A stretch of 63,823 nucleotides of DNA, the filler included, from Chiloscyllium plagiosum (Eukaryota): the NCBI RefSeq assembly GCF_004010195.1. It is 5 parts of one record of this genome, joined end to end, with 100 filler letters (N's around TTAATTAATTAA, not from the genome) between each part and the next. Parts side by side here need not be neighbours in the genome. Positions count along the whole stretch, not along the records: positions 61,363 to 63,823 come from NC_057717.1; 4 more parts are not named here. One strand, written 5' to 3'. Position 1 is the stretch's first letter. Each line of letters opens with the position of its first letter. The notes under the pieces are model-generated. The model did not search any database. It was not told the origin of the DNA and saw nothing but the letters and a program-made list of their open reading frames with translations. The position numbers were made by a program, and so were the translations under genes. Shown here one piece after another: positions 63,761 to 63,823 of the stretch.

Positions 63761-63823
63761 GCCAGTCATAGAGTCATAGAGGTGTTCAGCATGGAAACAG
63801 ACCCTTCAGTTTATTACCTTTTC

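Overview
Eukaryotic, repeat-dominated genomic DNA. By inference from its tRNA-derived HE1/V-SINE-type SINEs, HER1/CR1-type LINEs and Penelope-like elements (PLEs), it comes from a cartilaginous fish (shark). The only well-supported host gene is the last two exons of an NLR-type (NLRP/NLRC3-like) leucine-rich-repeat gene (+, 3930-4097 and 4245-4332). The rest is mostly nested retroelement debris: CR1 LINEs, an L2/CR1-group LINE, a fossil Vingi/Ingi-like RT, several SINE families, probable solo LTRs, a decayed two-exon Harbinger-type Myb/SANT gene, and PLEs. The PLE terminal repeats carry minimal hammerhead ribozyme motifs from three families; two copies are identical and intact. Structural highlights are (i) two tandem arrays of SINE tRNA-like heads with G-rich spacers that look like, but are not, CRISPR arrays; (ii) an inverted segmental duplication (30.8-37.8 kb vs 50.8-61.3 kb) with arm-specific insertions; (iii) a scrambled PLE with a 15-bp TSD; (iv) a 165-bp templated inverted insertion; and (v) artificial N44-TTAATTAATTAA-N44 scaffolding linkers. 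Most ORFs in the supplied track are repeat-derived or span gaps. Repeat boundaries were read by eye and are approximate.
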